From Felis catus (lineage: Eukaryota), in the NCBI RefSeq assembly GCF_018350175.1, contig NC_058368.1, positions 98,272,001-98,336,000 of the forward strand: DNA of 64,000 bases, read 5' to 3'. The translations under genes and the position numbers were made by a program. Under the pieces are notes generated by a model, which had not been told where the DNA came from, made no database searches, and was given only the letters and a program-made list of their open reading frames with translations. Below, in pieces: positions 47,703-59,634 of the stretch. Numbering within the stretch: the stretch's first letter is position 1; every line of letters starts with the position of its first letter.

Positions 47703-48862
47703 AAATATTTTACTTTTCAGGTTCATCTGTTTATTTATTATGAACACACATTCATTTAAGTCTCTGGACATATGTAAATACATACGCACCTCATCTACTG
47801 ATTCCAACATCTAGGCTTTCTTGTGGTCAGTTTCTGTTGCCTTTCTCTGGGAAGTGCTTAGTTTCATTCTTGCAAGCATTCCCTTACTGGTAACCATGCT
47901 TATAAAAAGCTTTGTTAGAGTGAGTGAGTCTGTATTACATATTATTCTAGGATCAGTAAGTGACTTCCTGGGAGTCAGGCAAAGTACCAAGTGTTCAGCA
48001 GAGACTTTCCGTTCTTGCTGGACCTCTGTGTCTCCTAGACAGCACAGGTGCTACAATGTCCAGTTAGCTTACGGCTAGCATCTGTTCTCTTCCAGACCTT
48101 CCAGAGTCTCACTCACAATACACACAGCATAGTATTTGATCAGCAAAGTAAGAGGAACTCCATGTAGATTCTGGGAGTTGTCTTCTCTTCAGCTCCCTTT
48201 TGTTTTCTATCCTAATCCGCAACCTCCAGTCAGTTTAATGATTTATATCGCCAATCTGTATTTCCTCAGTTTAGAAAGACTATCGTGCTCTGTTTGTCCC
48301 TGGCTTTCCTGTGTTCTAGAAAGTGTCTGTACACACTAAGCCACGGATGTTGTGGGTCTTACTCCATGTATTCCCAGACTCTCAAAACCTGCAATCCTTT
48401 GTCCCTTTTGTCCACTTTTGGCAAACAATTGCCTCATTAAACTTTCTGTTTTATTTTTGAAGAGCTAGGCTAGTACTGGTCATACCATCATGGCTAGGAC
48501 CAATGTCAAATTATATTGTCATGATTCTACATAGGCTACAAAGCTTTGGGGAAACCCTAAATAATTTTATTTCTTAAAATCTAGGCTCCTTCCTTTAATT
48601 ATCTTTCTCTATGTGTTTAACATAGAGATATAAAATAATAATTTATTAATGCGAACATGACCTAATAGCATCTTATATGCTATTTGAGTATGACATAAAG
48701 TTTTTCCAAGTTAAACATGAATGACCCACATTTGGGTTCTGGAATCACTCTCTATGTGTAATTTAGGGGAATAGATTATGTTAATACCATAACTATACTA
48801 CTGTTCTTAGAAAGACAAATCTGTCTGGGCTTGTTGAGTGCATCTTTAGGGCATAATAAACA

Positions 48863-48985
48863 GAGAGCCTGGGTGACTCAGGTAATTAAGTGTCTGATTC
48901 TTGATTTTGGCTCAGGTCATGATTTCATGGTTTCATGGGATCAAGCCCATGTCAGGCTCCATGCTGAGTGTGAAGCATGGTTGGG

Positions 48986-49036
<51 letters not shown>

Positions 49037-49083
49037 CTCTCCTCTCTGAAAAGAAATAACATTAAAAACAAAACAAAACAAAC
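48863..49083 (+). mobile_element. Can-SINE with long (CT)n tract
   Basis: gcctgggtgactcagg...gattttggctcaggtcatgat; A-rich tail. Confidence 0.9.
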
Positions 49084-49949
49084 AGGTAATAAACTAGATC
49101 AGACAAAAATGTGTTTGAATATATATGTAAACATGTGTGCATGTGTACTTGGACATACCTAGTTCTAACTGTATAAGCGCTAATAAAGATTTCTTTCTGC
49201 TTACCAAATTTAAATATGCCCATGTCCTTGCCTGCCCACTAGTAAAATATCTCTCCTTCTTGCATCATATCTTCCCTGCTTCACCTCAGGTACATGATTA
49301 TTTATTTGAAATTCCGAGGTCCAAATTGTGTAGTAGTATGCACACCTTATACTTCTTTACATATTAATGCATAACTAATAACAGTTGATTTTTAGAACAG
49401 AGGATATTACTTAAACATGTCTGCTCTTCTCCTTTATCTCTACCCATTCTATATCATCCTAATAATCTTGGCTTTGTTCTCAACAACTTTTAATAGTGAC
49501 TTTTCACCTGGAAATTGAATTTATGACCTGAATCCCATTAGGAAGTTATGCTGGTAAATTATAGCAGTCATATTGTTAGCTGTTTTTTATTTTTCCACTT
49601 TTTGATATTCTATTACTTTTTGGCCACAATTGTGCTTAAGAACTCTAGCTGTCAAGAAATATTTTATGAATTCTATACTAAATTCCTCCTGGGACATTTT
49701 AAATCTTTGCACATATAATCCAAAATCTCATTATTATGAACATCATTCAGCTTATTTAAGTACTGAACAAAATGGTCTTAAATGAACTCAGTCTTCATCC
49801 TTTTTAAAAGAGCTATGAGCAAGCATTAAAAGAACCCCGAAGAGAAACACAGTGACTAATTCAATAAAATCCATCACATCCAGAAATCCTTGCAACCAGG
49901 AATTCAAAGCACATTTTTATTATTAAGCTTCATTCTTTTAAAAATAGCA

Positions 49950-50195
49950 AACTATGAAAGCTGAGTCTCTAGAGACTGAAGGCTTCAGTTGGAATTCTGG
50001 TGCTGTCACTTATCTCCTGTCAATACTGGGCAAGTTACTTAACATCTCTGCACCTCATTTTCTACATGTTAAAGATGAGAACAACAATGTACCTATCTCC
50101 TTGGATTATTCTGAGGGTGAAATGGATAATAAATGTAAAATAAGTTGAGAAAAACCCCGGTAACTTCATAAACATGTAATAGATTCAAATTATTA
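49950..50195 (+). mobile_element. MIR
   Basis: ctgggcaagttacttaacatctctgcacctcattttctacatgttaaagatgagaacaacaatgtacctatctcc. Confidence 0.85.
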
Positions 50196-50458
50196 ACAAG
50201 CATGGGTTATGGACACATTTAATAATTATTATTTACTGACCCATCCTAAATATATTATTAACTATCTTTATATCTTTAGGCACATGTCTGGCTCCCCAAA
50301 ATAGTTTCTTATATATGAAACACTAAGTCGAGCGTTTTCTAGGTTATATAATCCTTATAATGCTGTATTTTATTTTTTGCATAAAAATAACCAGAATTCA
50401 AGGAGTTTAAATATGTTCAGTTTCCTCTTCTGGTAATGCAAAAGTAGTTATTTTTTAC

Positions 50459-50665
50459 CAGTAGTTCCGAAGTGGGGCAATAGTCTCCCGAGGGGATATT
50501 TGGCAATGTCTGGAGACATTTTTGCTCGTCAGAACTGGGGAAGTGATACTGGCGCCCAGTGGATAGAGGTGGGCAAGCTGCTGCCATCCTGTAGTGCATC
50601 CGACTGTCCTCCACGATGAAGTGTCTGACCCAAAATGTCAAGAGTGCTGAGATTGAGAAACTCTG
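50459..50665. mobile_element. MER20 (hAT-Charlie)
   Basis: cagtagttc...ggggatatttggcaatgtctggagacattttt...cccaaaatgtcaagagtgctgagattgagaaactctg; 8-bp TSD-like ttttttac/ttttagac. Confidence 0.9.
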
Positions 50666-50761
50666 TTTTAGACTAAATCTACTGAGAAAAATCTGCACAC
50701 ACGTTTAAAAAAAATGTTTAGAAGTGAGAAAGCTATCTAGGCAGCAAGAGTTTCTGGATTA

Positions 50762-52345
50762 GAGCACTGACCCCTCAGCCCAGCAGGAGAGGCCAGGTGC
50801 TATAGCAGTGTGCGCTTGGGAGCCGAAATGTGCCTGCACTGCCTGAGAGCTGATGGAGACTGAGGGTGCTACCAGGAACAGCCAGAGCTGGTGGTGGCCA
50901 TGTATTTCATGGGAATTCCAAGAGCCAAGGGCACTCTACAACTAGCAAAGCACCAGGCCCTCTCTGGGACCTGGGAACTCATTTATGACACCAGCCAAGA
51001 GCTGCTTCCCTACCTCCAAAGTAGGGCACTGAGGACAGGGGCTGGAAGGCTTCTGCCCCCACCTAGAGCTCTACTCTCAATTTGCTGCCAACATGTAGAG
51101 GTCCTGGACCACCCTGCAAGAACAACTTAGAGAAAAATGTTTCTGGAGATTTGTGTGACTTCAGGAAGTCAGCCCTGAATTTGTGAGCCTTCATCTTCAG
51201 GACCTGCTCCCTCAGCCTCTGCAGAGGCTCCAGCAGCAGGAGATTCTTGTCATGGCTTTGGCTGAAAACACAGGTCCCAATAGCCCTGACCACCAAGGGA
51301 CTCACCAGGGTTGCCTGGCTCACTGAAACTGTGCAGAAAATCCACAGCTTTGGTCAGAAACAGAAGAATGAGCAGCACCTCTAGTTTGGCCAGTGACTGC
51401 CAGGAAGAGGGGCTTACCTCAGGTCGCTGGTTCCTACTCCATGCTTGGCTGTTGATAGTGCCTCCCATGGGGAACTTTGCCAAAATGTTCTTCCTCTTCT
51501 CTCATGTGCTCCTCATGTCCAAATCTCGACACGCCACTGCACCTGCTGCAGAGTAGCACCTTTGCCTGCCATGCCCTCTACCCCATGGCCCTGTGTCAAT
51601 GCCACAGGGTCTTTGGCCACTCAGGAGGTCCTTGTGGTAGACTGCTCAGCCTGTCCTTTCCCCCATGAGAAGTTACTGCTTATGTCCACAGACCAGGAGA
51701 GCTGTTGTTCTGGCACCACAGTCTTACTTGGGCCATCAGCGGCCAGAAGAACTAGAGAAATCACAAATTCCAGGGTACCTGAGGGATAGGTCAGAGTCAG
51801 GAGTACAAATAAATCCTCACTACTAAACAAAACACAGAACCCTTGATGGTTTCAGAAGGGTCATTTTGTGTTTGCTTGGAACCATGCCATGCAAACTCAT
51901 TTGACCAGCCCTGAAGAATCAGGAAACCAGGGCACCTGGGTGGCTCAGTTGGTTAAGCATTCAACTTCGGCTCAGGTCATGATCTCATGGTTGGTGAGTT
52001 TGAGCCTCACATTGGGCTCTATACTGCCAGTGTGGAGCTGGATTTGGATCCTCTGTTTCCCTGTCTCTCTGCCCCATTAAGGCATGCACATTCTCTCTCT
52101 ATGAAAAATCAACGATTAGAAAAAAAAAAAGAATCAGGAAACCAAATTTGACCCAATTGAACCTCTGCTGAACCAGCCTCTCCAATACAAATGAGGGGAT
52201 TTGGGACTGATAGCTCGGTAGTATGTCTGTGGCTGGTTGTTTATCAAGATTGCAGCTTTGTAACTGGATGTTTTATGTTGTATGCAGTTTCTACAATTTA
52301 TCTTCCCACTGGATTTTAGTAAAGTGTTTTTCTTAAAAAAAAAAA
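50762..52345 (+). pseudogene. ARHGEF39: Processed pseudogene (retrocopy) of ARHGEF39, a DH-PH Rho GEF; multiple frameshifts and stops; CDS homology ~50800-51755, then probable 3' UTR
   Basis: Collinear intronless peptides across several frames: AKGTLQ..HQALSGTWELIYDTSQELLPYL; LQDLLPQPLQRLQQ..ALAENTGPNSPDHQ; GLTSGRWFL..WLLIVPP; MFFLFSHVLLMSK; PLHLLQSSTFACHALYPMA..RVFGHSGGPCGRLLSLSFP; HEKLLLMSTDQE; AISGQKN* (stop 51753-51755). These match recalled ARHGEF39. The 3' boundary is inferred from AGTAAA (52318-52323) plus A11 (52335-52345). Confidence 0.9.
51930..52128 (+). mobile_element. Can-SINE inside the retrocopy 3' UTR
   Basis: Perfect TSD aagaatcaggaaacca at 51914-51929 and 52129-52144. Confidence 0.95.
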
Positions 52346-52423
52346 GAATTTTATGAATTAAAATCTTGAAAAAAGGGCATAGAGTAGATAGTCTGGTATC
52401 AGGAGTCATTGTTTACTTTTAAG

Positions 52424-53044
52424 CGAGGGTTGGCAAACTGTTACCTGTTCTAGTTTGCTGAATTTTTGTGTGGCTTTCAAGTACTCTTGAGCAGATTGGC
52501 GCTGTGAACCATAGAGACCAGGCTAAGACATCTTCCTCCACTCCTCGTTTCATTCCCAGCCCTGCCTCCCCAGCCAATAACGGTGGGTTGCCATTGTCCA
52601 TGGCTCATGTTGGTCTTGACTTAAAAGTTGAGAACTCTGCTTTTGGCAACTGCCAGGAACCTAGAACCTGAGCTCCATGAATTGGCTCCACTCTGGCCAG
52701 CTGCTCAAGTGGACATGGCTTGGCTCTCTAAGGGGAGAGAATGGGGTTCTCAATTTCAGGGAGGCAGAGACGAATACTGACTTTCGGGCCCTTGCAGCTT
52801 ATTCTCCCTGTGTAGTCCACCAGGAAGGTCACTTTTCATCTGGAGAATGCCTCTTCTATATGGTGGTTGGGCCTAAAGTGTGCTAACAACCCAGGATGGC
52901 CCTCCCTAGGAATCAGGACAGGGTAGGGGATTTCTTTCTTGTTACATATTTACCTATACAATATACTCAAGTTCTACTCTTGGTCTTCAAAGTCTGAAAT
53001 GTATTACTATCTAGCCATTTACAGATAAAGGTTACTGATTTCTT
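52424..53044. mobile_element. MER58-like hAT MITE ends enclosing ~450 bp of unrelated sequence
   Basis: Left end cgagggttggcaaact; right end tattactatctagccatttacagataaaggttactga. Confidence 0.6.
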
Positions 53045-54799
53045 CTCTAAGGCACTTAAATGGCTGTTTTCATAGAATTATCAGTAGATGACAGACTGAG
53101 AAGCAGAGCAGAACTTTGAGCAACTTCAAGGAGGTTAGAAGACAATAAATTGAATTTAGAGAGAGCCAAGGAGGAGTTGTCTTGGTAAATGCCACAGTTT
53201 TCTGAAGGAGATTCCATAAGGCTGTGTCCTAGGACTAAGTCTAATCAGAAACTATGCTAATAGTCCCCAGTGTTACAGGTCTCTGGCCTGCATGGCAGAA
53301 AGCAGTGTAAATCTTGGCCAGCAAGAACATCTTCCATCGTCTGAAAAATATGTCTATAATTTTTGTATACACTGTTCAACACTACATCAAAAACAATCAG
53401 GTGTTCAGAAACAGAGATGATCAAAAGCCCAGGAGCAAAAAGTGACTATAGAAACATTCAAAGGGAATCCAGATCATCAAATTATCAGGTGTAATGGTAA
53501 AATAATTATGATTAAAAATATAAGGAATTAAAGACAAGTTGGGTGACTTTGGCAGAAAACTGAATATAATAAAATATTAGAATGAAAAATATAAATAATA
53601 ACTAAAAATATAAAGAATAACTCAAAGGAAGGGTTAAGCACAAATTTCCTGTGTCTGTGATTTCTAGGTTTGTTGCTACTCATGGATTTATCTTCTGGTT
53701 AAAGGCATCATTTTTCTTCTTTGTTCTGGTAATTTTTGTTTATATGGAACATTATCAGTCTTATTTTGTTGAGCTTCTAGATTTTTTTTCGTATTTTAAT
53801 GACTTTTTGGGTGTTGTTTCTGCTAGCAGTTAATTTGCTTGCATATCAGTGCCTTTTCAGGGTTGTTTTAAAGCTTTATGAAGGATCTAAAATACTCTTT
53901 AACTGGGGCTATATTAGATTTACATATGCAGTGTGGTTCCTAAAGCTCTCTTGTAAATGCCTGAGTGTTCAGCAGGGTCCTTCCTAATCCTTTGCATTAT
54001 TGCTCTTGTACTTTTTCAGAGCCCTTTGCATGCTTTCATAGGTAGGCTTTTCCCAGTATGTGCTCTTGGCTTGGTCACTTAGAGCCTTGCCCTACCGAAG
54101 TACAGCTTCATATTCAACTCAAATCTCTCTCAACAGATTGATTTATCTTTGTTCAAAGATGACGTGCTTCTTTATGTAGAGTATCTGAAAGAACTGGTGA
54201 AACTACAGGAACTAGTAAGTGATTACAGCAAAGCTTTAGGATACGAGGTTAATATACAAAAGTCAACTCTTGTATTACATACCAGCAAGGAACAAGTGGA
54301 ATTTGAAACTAAAACCACAATACCACTTCCAAAACCACAATGCCCCTAAAATGAAATTCTTAGGTATGAATCTAACAAAAAGTACAAGATTCTATATGAG
54401 GAAAAATACAAAACTCTTAAAAATGATATCAAAGAATCCATTTTGATGGATTCAATAAAAAGAATCCATTTTGATGGGTAGGAAGACTCAGTGTTGTAAA
54501 GATGTCAGTTTTTCCCTATTTAATCAATAGATTCAATACAGTCCCAATTAAAATCCCAGGAAGTTATTTTTTGGATCTCAAGAAACTGATTATAAAGTTT
54601 ATATGGAAAAGCATCCATAAAAGATCCAGTATAGTCAACATAATATGGAATGAGAAGAACAAAGCTGCAGGAGTGACACTATAAGATTTATTAGATAGCT
54701 ACAGTCATTGAGACAGTATTGTGTTGATGAAAGAATAGATAAATAGATCACAGAAGAGAGAGCCTAGAAGTAAACCCACATAATAGATGGTCACTAATC

Positions 54800-55290
54800 T
54801 TTTTTTTTTTTTTTACATCTTTTTAAACTAAGCTTTTAATTTTAATCCCAGTATAGTTAACACAGTGTTATATTAGTTTCAGGTGTACAATATAGTGACT
54901 CAACAATTCTCTACATTACTCAGTGCTCATCATGATAAGTGTCCTCTTAACCCCGTTCACCTATTTCACCCATCCCCCTTATTCACCTGCTCTCTGGTAA
55001 CCATCGGTTTGTTCTCTGTAGTTAAGATTCTATTTCCTGGTTTGCCTTTTTCTGTCTTCCCCCTGCCCCTTTACTTGTTTGTTTTATTTCTTAAATTCCA
55101 CCTATGACTAGAGGGATTGGGTGGCTCAGCTGGTAAAGCATCTGACTTTTGGTTTCAGCTCAGGTCATGATCTCGTAGGTTGGTGAGTTCGAGCCCCACC
55201 TCAGGCTCTGCTCTGCCAAGGGGCAGACTCTTTTTGGGATTTTCCTCTCTCTCCCTCTCTCTCCGCTTCTCCCCTTCCCTCCTCTTTCTC

Positions 55291-55323
<33 letters not shown>

Positions 55324-56893
55324 GAAACAAAAACACAACATTCCACATATAAGTGAAATCATATGATATTTGTCTTTCTCTGACTTACTTTGCTTAGCAT
55401 GATTCTCTCTAGCTCCATCCACATTGTTGCAAATGGCAAGGTTTCATTCTTTTTAATGGCTGATGTTGTGTATATATACACCACATCTTCTTTATCCATT
55501 CATCTTTCAACAGATACTTGGGTGGTTTCCATAATTTGGCTGTTCTAAATAATGCTGCTGTAAACAGGGGGGTGCATGTGTTTTGAATTAGTGTTTTTGT
55601 ATTCTTTGGGTAAACACCCAGTAGTGCAATTAGTGGATCATAGGGTAGTTTTATTTTTAACTTTATGAAGAATCTTCATACTGCTTTCTAGAGTAGCTGC
55701 GCCAGTTTGCATTTTCACCAACAGTGCACAAGGGTTCCTTTTTCTTCACATCCTTGTGAGCATGTGTTCTTTCTTGTGTTTTTTATTTTAGCCATTCTTA
55801 CAGGTATGAGGTAATATCTCGATGTAGTTTTGATTTTGCATTTCACTGATGATGACTGATGTTGAGCATCTTTTCATGTGTCTCTTGGCCATCTTCATGT
55901 CATCTTTGGAGAAATAGCCATTCATGTTGTGTTCATTTTTTTGGATCATTGGTTTTTTGGGTGTTGAGTTGCAGAAGTTCTTTATATATTTTGGATACTA
56001 ACCCTTTATTGGTTAAGTATTTTACAAATATTTTCTTCCATTCCATGTGTTGCCTTTTAGTTTTGTTGATTGTTTACTTCTCTATGCATAAGCTTTTTAT
56101 TTTGTGTAGTTCCAGTGGTTCAATTTTGCTTTTATTTTCCTTGCCTCAGGAGACCTATCTAGAAAAATGTTGCTACAGCCAGTGTCAGAGAAATTACTGC
56201 CTGTGATCTCTTCTAGGATTTTTATGGTTTCAGGTCACTCATTTAGGTCTTCGATCCATTTTGAGGTGTTTTTTGTTTTTGTTTTTTTTAATGTGAGTGT
56301 ATAGTGTAAGAATGTGGTCCAGTTTCATTCTTTTGCCTGAAGCTGTCCAGTTTTCCCAGCACCATTTGTTGAAAAGACTATCTTTTCCCATTGGATATTC
56401 TTTCCAGCTTTGTCAAAGATTAATAGATAATATACTTGGGAGTTTATTTCTGGGTTTTCTATTCTGTTCTTTGGATCAGTGTGTCTGTGTGCTAGTACCA
56501 TACTGTTTTGATTACTGTAGCTTTGTAATATAACTTGAAGTCCAGAATTGTGATACTTCCAGTTTTATTTTTCTTTTTCAAGTTGTCTTTGGCTAGTGGG
56601 GGTCTTTTGTGGTTCCATGCAAAGTTTAGAATTATTTGTACTAGTTCTGTGAAAAATGCTGTTGGTATTTTGATAGGCATTGGATTAAATCTGTAGATTG
56701 CTGCAGGTAGTATAGACATTTTAATGATATTTGTTCTTCCAATCCATGAGCATGGAATGTCTGTCCATTACTTTGTGTTGTCTTCAATTGCTTTTATCAG
56801 CGTTTTATATTTTTCAGAGTACAGGTCTTTCATCTCTTTGGTTAAGTGTATTCCTATGTATTTTATTATTTTTGTGCAATTTTAAATGGGAGT
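54800..56893 (-). mobile_element. Carnivore L1 (L1_Carn-like), 5'-truncated, antisense, nested in the L1MC
   Basis: Poly(T) at ~54800, antisense 3' UTR, minus ORF 56492-56719 [19 protein letters not shown]...[14 protein letters not shown]; imperfect TSD gatggt.actaat / gatggttaactatt. Confidence 0.88.
55111..55339 (+). mobile_element. Can-SINE nested in L1_Carn
   Basis: gggtggctcagctggtaaagc head, A tail; imperfect TSD attccac[c/a]tat. Confidence 0.9.
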
Positions 56894-57095
56894 GATGGTT
56901 AACTATTATTTGACAAAGGAAAAAAGGCAATACAATGGAGTAAAGATAGTCTTTTCAACAAACGATGCTGGAACAACTGGACAACCACATGCCAAAAAAT
57001 GAATCTGGACACAAACCTTATACCCTTCACAAAAATTAACTTAATTACAGTTATATTTATATATTTACAGATATAACTATAAAACACAAAACTGT

Positions 57096-57525
57096 GGGGG
57101 GCCTTGGAGCTCGGTCAGTTAAGCATCTGACTCTTGATTTTGGCTCATGTCAAGATCTCACTGTTTATGAGATTGAGCCCCATGTCAGCTGTCAGCGAAG
57201 AGCCTGCTTGGGATTGTCTCTCTTCCTGTCTCTGCCTCTCCCCAACTTGTGCCTTCTCTTGCTCTCTCTCTCTCTTTTTAAGTTTATTTATTTATTTTGA
57301 CAAAGACAGAGATAGTGTGAGTCAGGGAGGGGCATAGAGAGGGGGAGAGAGGATCCCAAGCAGGCTCTGGGCTGCCAGCCCAGAGCACGATGTGGGACTC
57401 GAACTCAGGAACCATGATGTCATGACCTGAGCCAAGATCAAGATAGGCGCTTAACCCACTGAGCCACCCAGGCACCCTGTCTCTTGCTTTCTTTCTTAAA
57501 AATAAATAAATAAACATTAATTAAC
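57096..57525 (+). mobile_element. Can-SINE (+) interrupted in its CT tract by a minus-strand Can-SINE (57276-57477)
   Basis: Plus head at 57096, minus head ending at 57477, plus-strand tail resumes at 57478; duplicated tctcttgct.tct. Confidence 0.9.
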
Positions 57526-57900
57526 CCCCATAAAGCTATGAAACTCTTAAAAGGTGACATAGGAGAAAACCTAAATGTCCATGGTTATGGTCATGACTTT
57601 TTATATGTCACCGAAGACATAATCCATGAAATAAATAGCTGATAAGCTGGGCGCCATTAAAATGAAAAAGTCTGCTCTATGAATGGCAATTTCAAGAGAA
57701 TAAGACAACAAGAATGGTAGAATTGTAGAAATAGAAATGGTAGAATGATAGAAAATATTTGCAAAAGATACATTTGATGAATGCTGTTATTTAAAATACA
57801 CAAAGAATTCTTAAAACTGAACAAAAAGAAAACAACATGATTAAAAGAGAAGCTAAAGATCATAACAGCCATCTCACCAAAGAAGATACACAGATGGCAA

Positions 57901-57994
57901 TCTACGGCCATATCGCCCAGAACATGCCTACTCTCATCTCACATCATCTCGGAAGCTAAGCAGGGTTGGGCCTGGTTAGTACTTGAGTGGGAGA
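57901..57994 (+). pseudogene. 5S rRNA pseudogene, 3'-truncated at ~nt 90, no poly(A) tail
   Basis: tctacggccata...atctcggaagctaagcagggttgggcctggttagtacttgagtgggaga matches 5S rRNA; 20-bp TSD agaagatacacagatggcaa at 57881-57900 and 57992-58011. Confidence 0.95.
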
Positions 57995-59634
57995 AGATAC
58001 ACAGATGGCAAAAAAGCATATGAAAAGATGTTCCATGTGATATATCATCAGGGAAATGCAAATTAAAGATACCATTATATACCTTTTAGAATGGCTTCCA
58101 TTTCGTACACTGATAACACCAAATGCTGGTGAGGATGTGCAGCACCAGGAATGCTCATTCACTGCTCATTGGAATGCAAAGTGGTAAAGCCACTTTGGAA
58201 GACAGCTGGCAGTTTCTTAGCAAACTAAACATATTCTTACCATATGATAGAGTATTCACATTCGTTGGTATTTACCGAAAGGAATTGAAACCTTATATCC
58301 ACACTAAAAACCTGCACGTGGATGTTAATAGCACTTATATTCATGACTGCCAAAACTTGGAAGCAACAAAGATGTCCTTCGGTAGGTGAATTGATAAAGC
58401 AGATATCCAGGCAATGGGATACCTTCCAGCACTAAAAGGAAATGAGTTGTCTAGCTATGAAGAGACAAGGGGATACCTTAAGTGCATATTACAGAATGAA
58501 AGAAGCTAAGCTGAAAAGGCTATATGCTGTATAATTTCAACTAAATGACATGACATTCTGGAAAATACAGAATATGGATACAGTAAAAAGATAAGTGGTT
58601 CCCACAGTTTGGTGAATGGTGAGGGCTGGGCGAGATGAAGAGCTAGGGCACAGGGGATTTTTAGAGCAGTGAAAATACTATGTATGATACCACAATAATG
58701 GATATATGTCATTATACCTTTGTCCCAGGCCCATAGAATATATTCCACCAAGAGTGAACTGGCTTTGGATGATTATGATGTGTCAATGTAGGCTCATCAT
58801 TTCTAACAAATGTACCACTTCAGGGATATTGATTATGGGGGGTGCTATATATGTGTGGGGACAGAGGATTCAGGGAAAAATCTCTGTATCTGCCCCTCAA
58901 TTTTTCTATGAAACTTCTACCTCTCTAAAAAAAAATCTTAATAAAACTTTGTTTGTAAAGAAACGCAAAGGAAAAAAGTCTTCACATTAAAAAAAAAATA
59001 GAAAAAGTGATTTGAACTATTGTTTCAATATGAAAGTAATATGATAGGATAATCTGAATTAAACTGACCCCCCAAACTTAGTATTCCTTTCAGACAGTAT
59101 ATTGACACCTTTGAAAAAAATGAATAAAAATTACTAAGAGAAATACTAATTTAGAAAGATGTACCTTCATTCATTTATCCAGCAGATAGTAAGAAAGCTG
59201 TCTAATCATTGTCTAGTCACCTGTGTTGTCTTGGTGTCCTGTCCCCTAACACCCAAGGGACCTGAGGCAAATTGCTTCTTCCCTTTGGATTCCCATTTCC
59301 TCAGCTGTATGATGGGAGATAATAAGATACACTGTTAGAAGGTTATTGGAAGTTTGTTGTTATATTTAATCTTTATTGTCTTTAATGTAAAAATCACTGA
59401 AGTCAAGATTTTAAGGTTGTTAAAATTTCGCATCTCCCCCTATGTTGTTTGATAAGGTTATGCTTTTTGCTGTATTCTTGGTGCTTATGTGAGGCAGATT
59501 CTTTTAATGATCCTAACATGTGTCTATCAGTCATATTTTGGCATCAATTTAGGTTGTCCTCTTACCTTCCCCCACTCTACATGCCTTAGATCTTTTGTCT
59601 AGTTAATGCCTCCACCCATTTTTTTGAGTAGGTA

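Larger units (their letters stand above)
46535..48510 (-). mobile_element. Old L1M/HAL1-like 5'/ORF1 fragments, antisense, interrupted by SINEs
   Basis: T-rich degenerate motifs (cattcatatttgaagcatattttcacttgatata, ctgctctcaagattttacc, gagatttgctggccttcctggatct). Confidence 0.5.
54130..58990 (+). mobile_element. Old L1MC1-like element (ORF2 3' part and 3' UTR), split by nested insertions at ~54800-56893, 57096-57525 and 57901-57994
   Basis: Degenerate ORF2 peptides (FKDDVLLYVE...[33 protein letters not shown]) and an L1MC-type 3' UTR (gattatgatgtgtcaatgtaggctcatc...aacaaatgtaccac). Confidence 0.8.

Noticed and set aside
51063..51830. Minus-strand ORFs that look protein-like (e.g. LLLLEPLQRLREQVLK)
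   Set aside because: They are antisense shadows of the plus-strand ARHGEF39 pseudogene.
52600..52720. Possible CCDC107 fragment (neighbour of ARHGEF39 at the parent locus)
   Set aside because: Only vague similarity, on the wrong strand for co-retrotransposition, and it lies beyond the inferred poly(A)/TSD.
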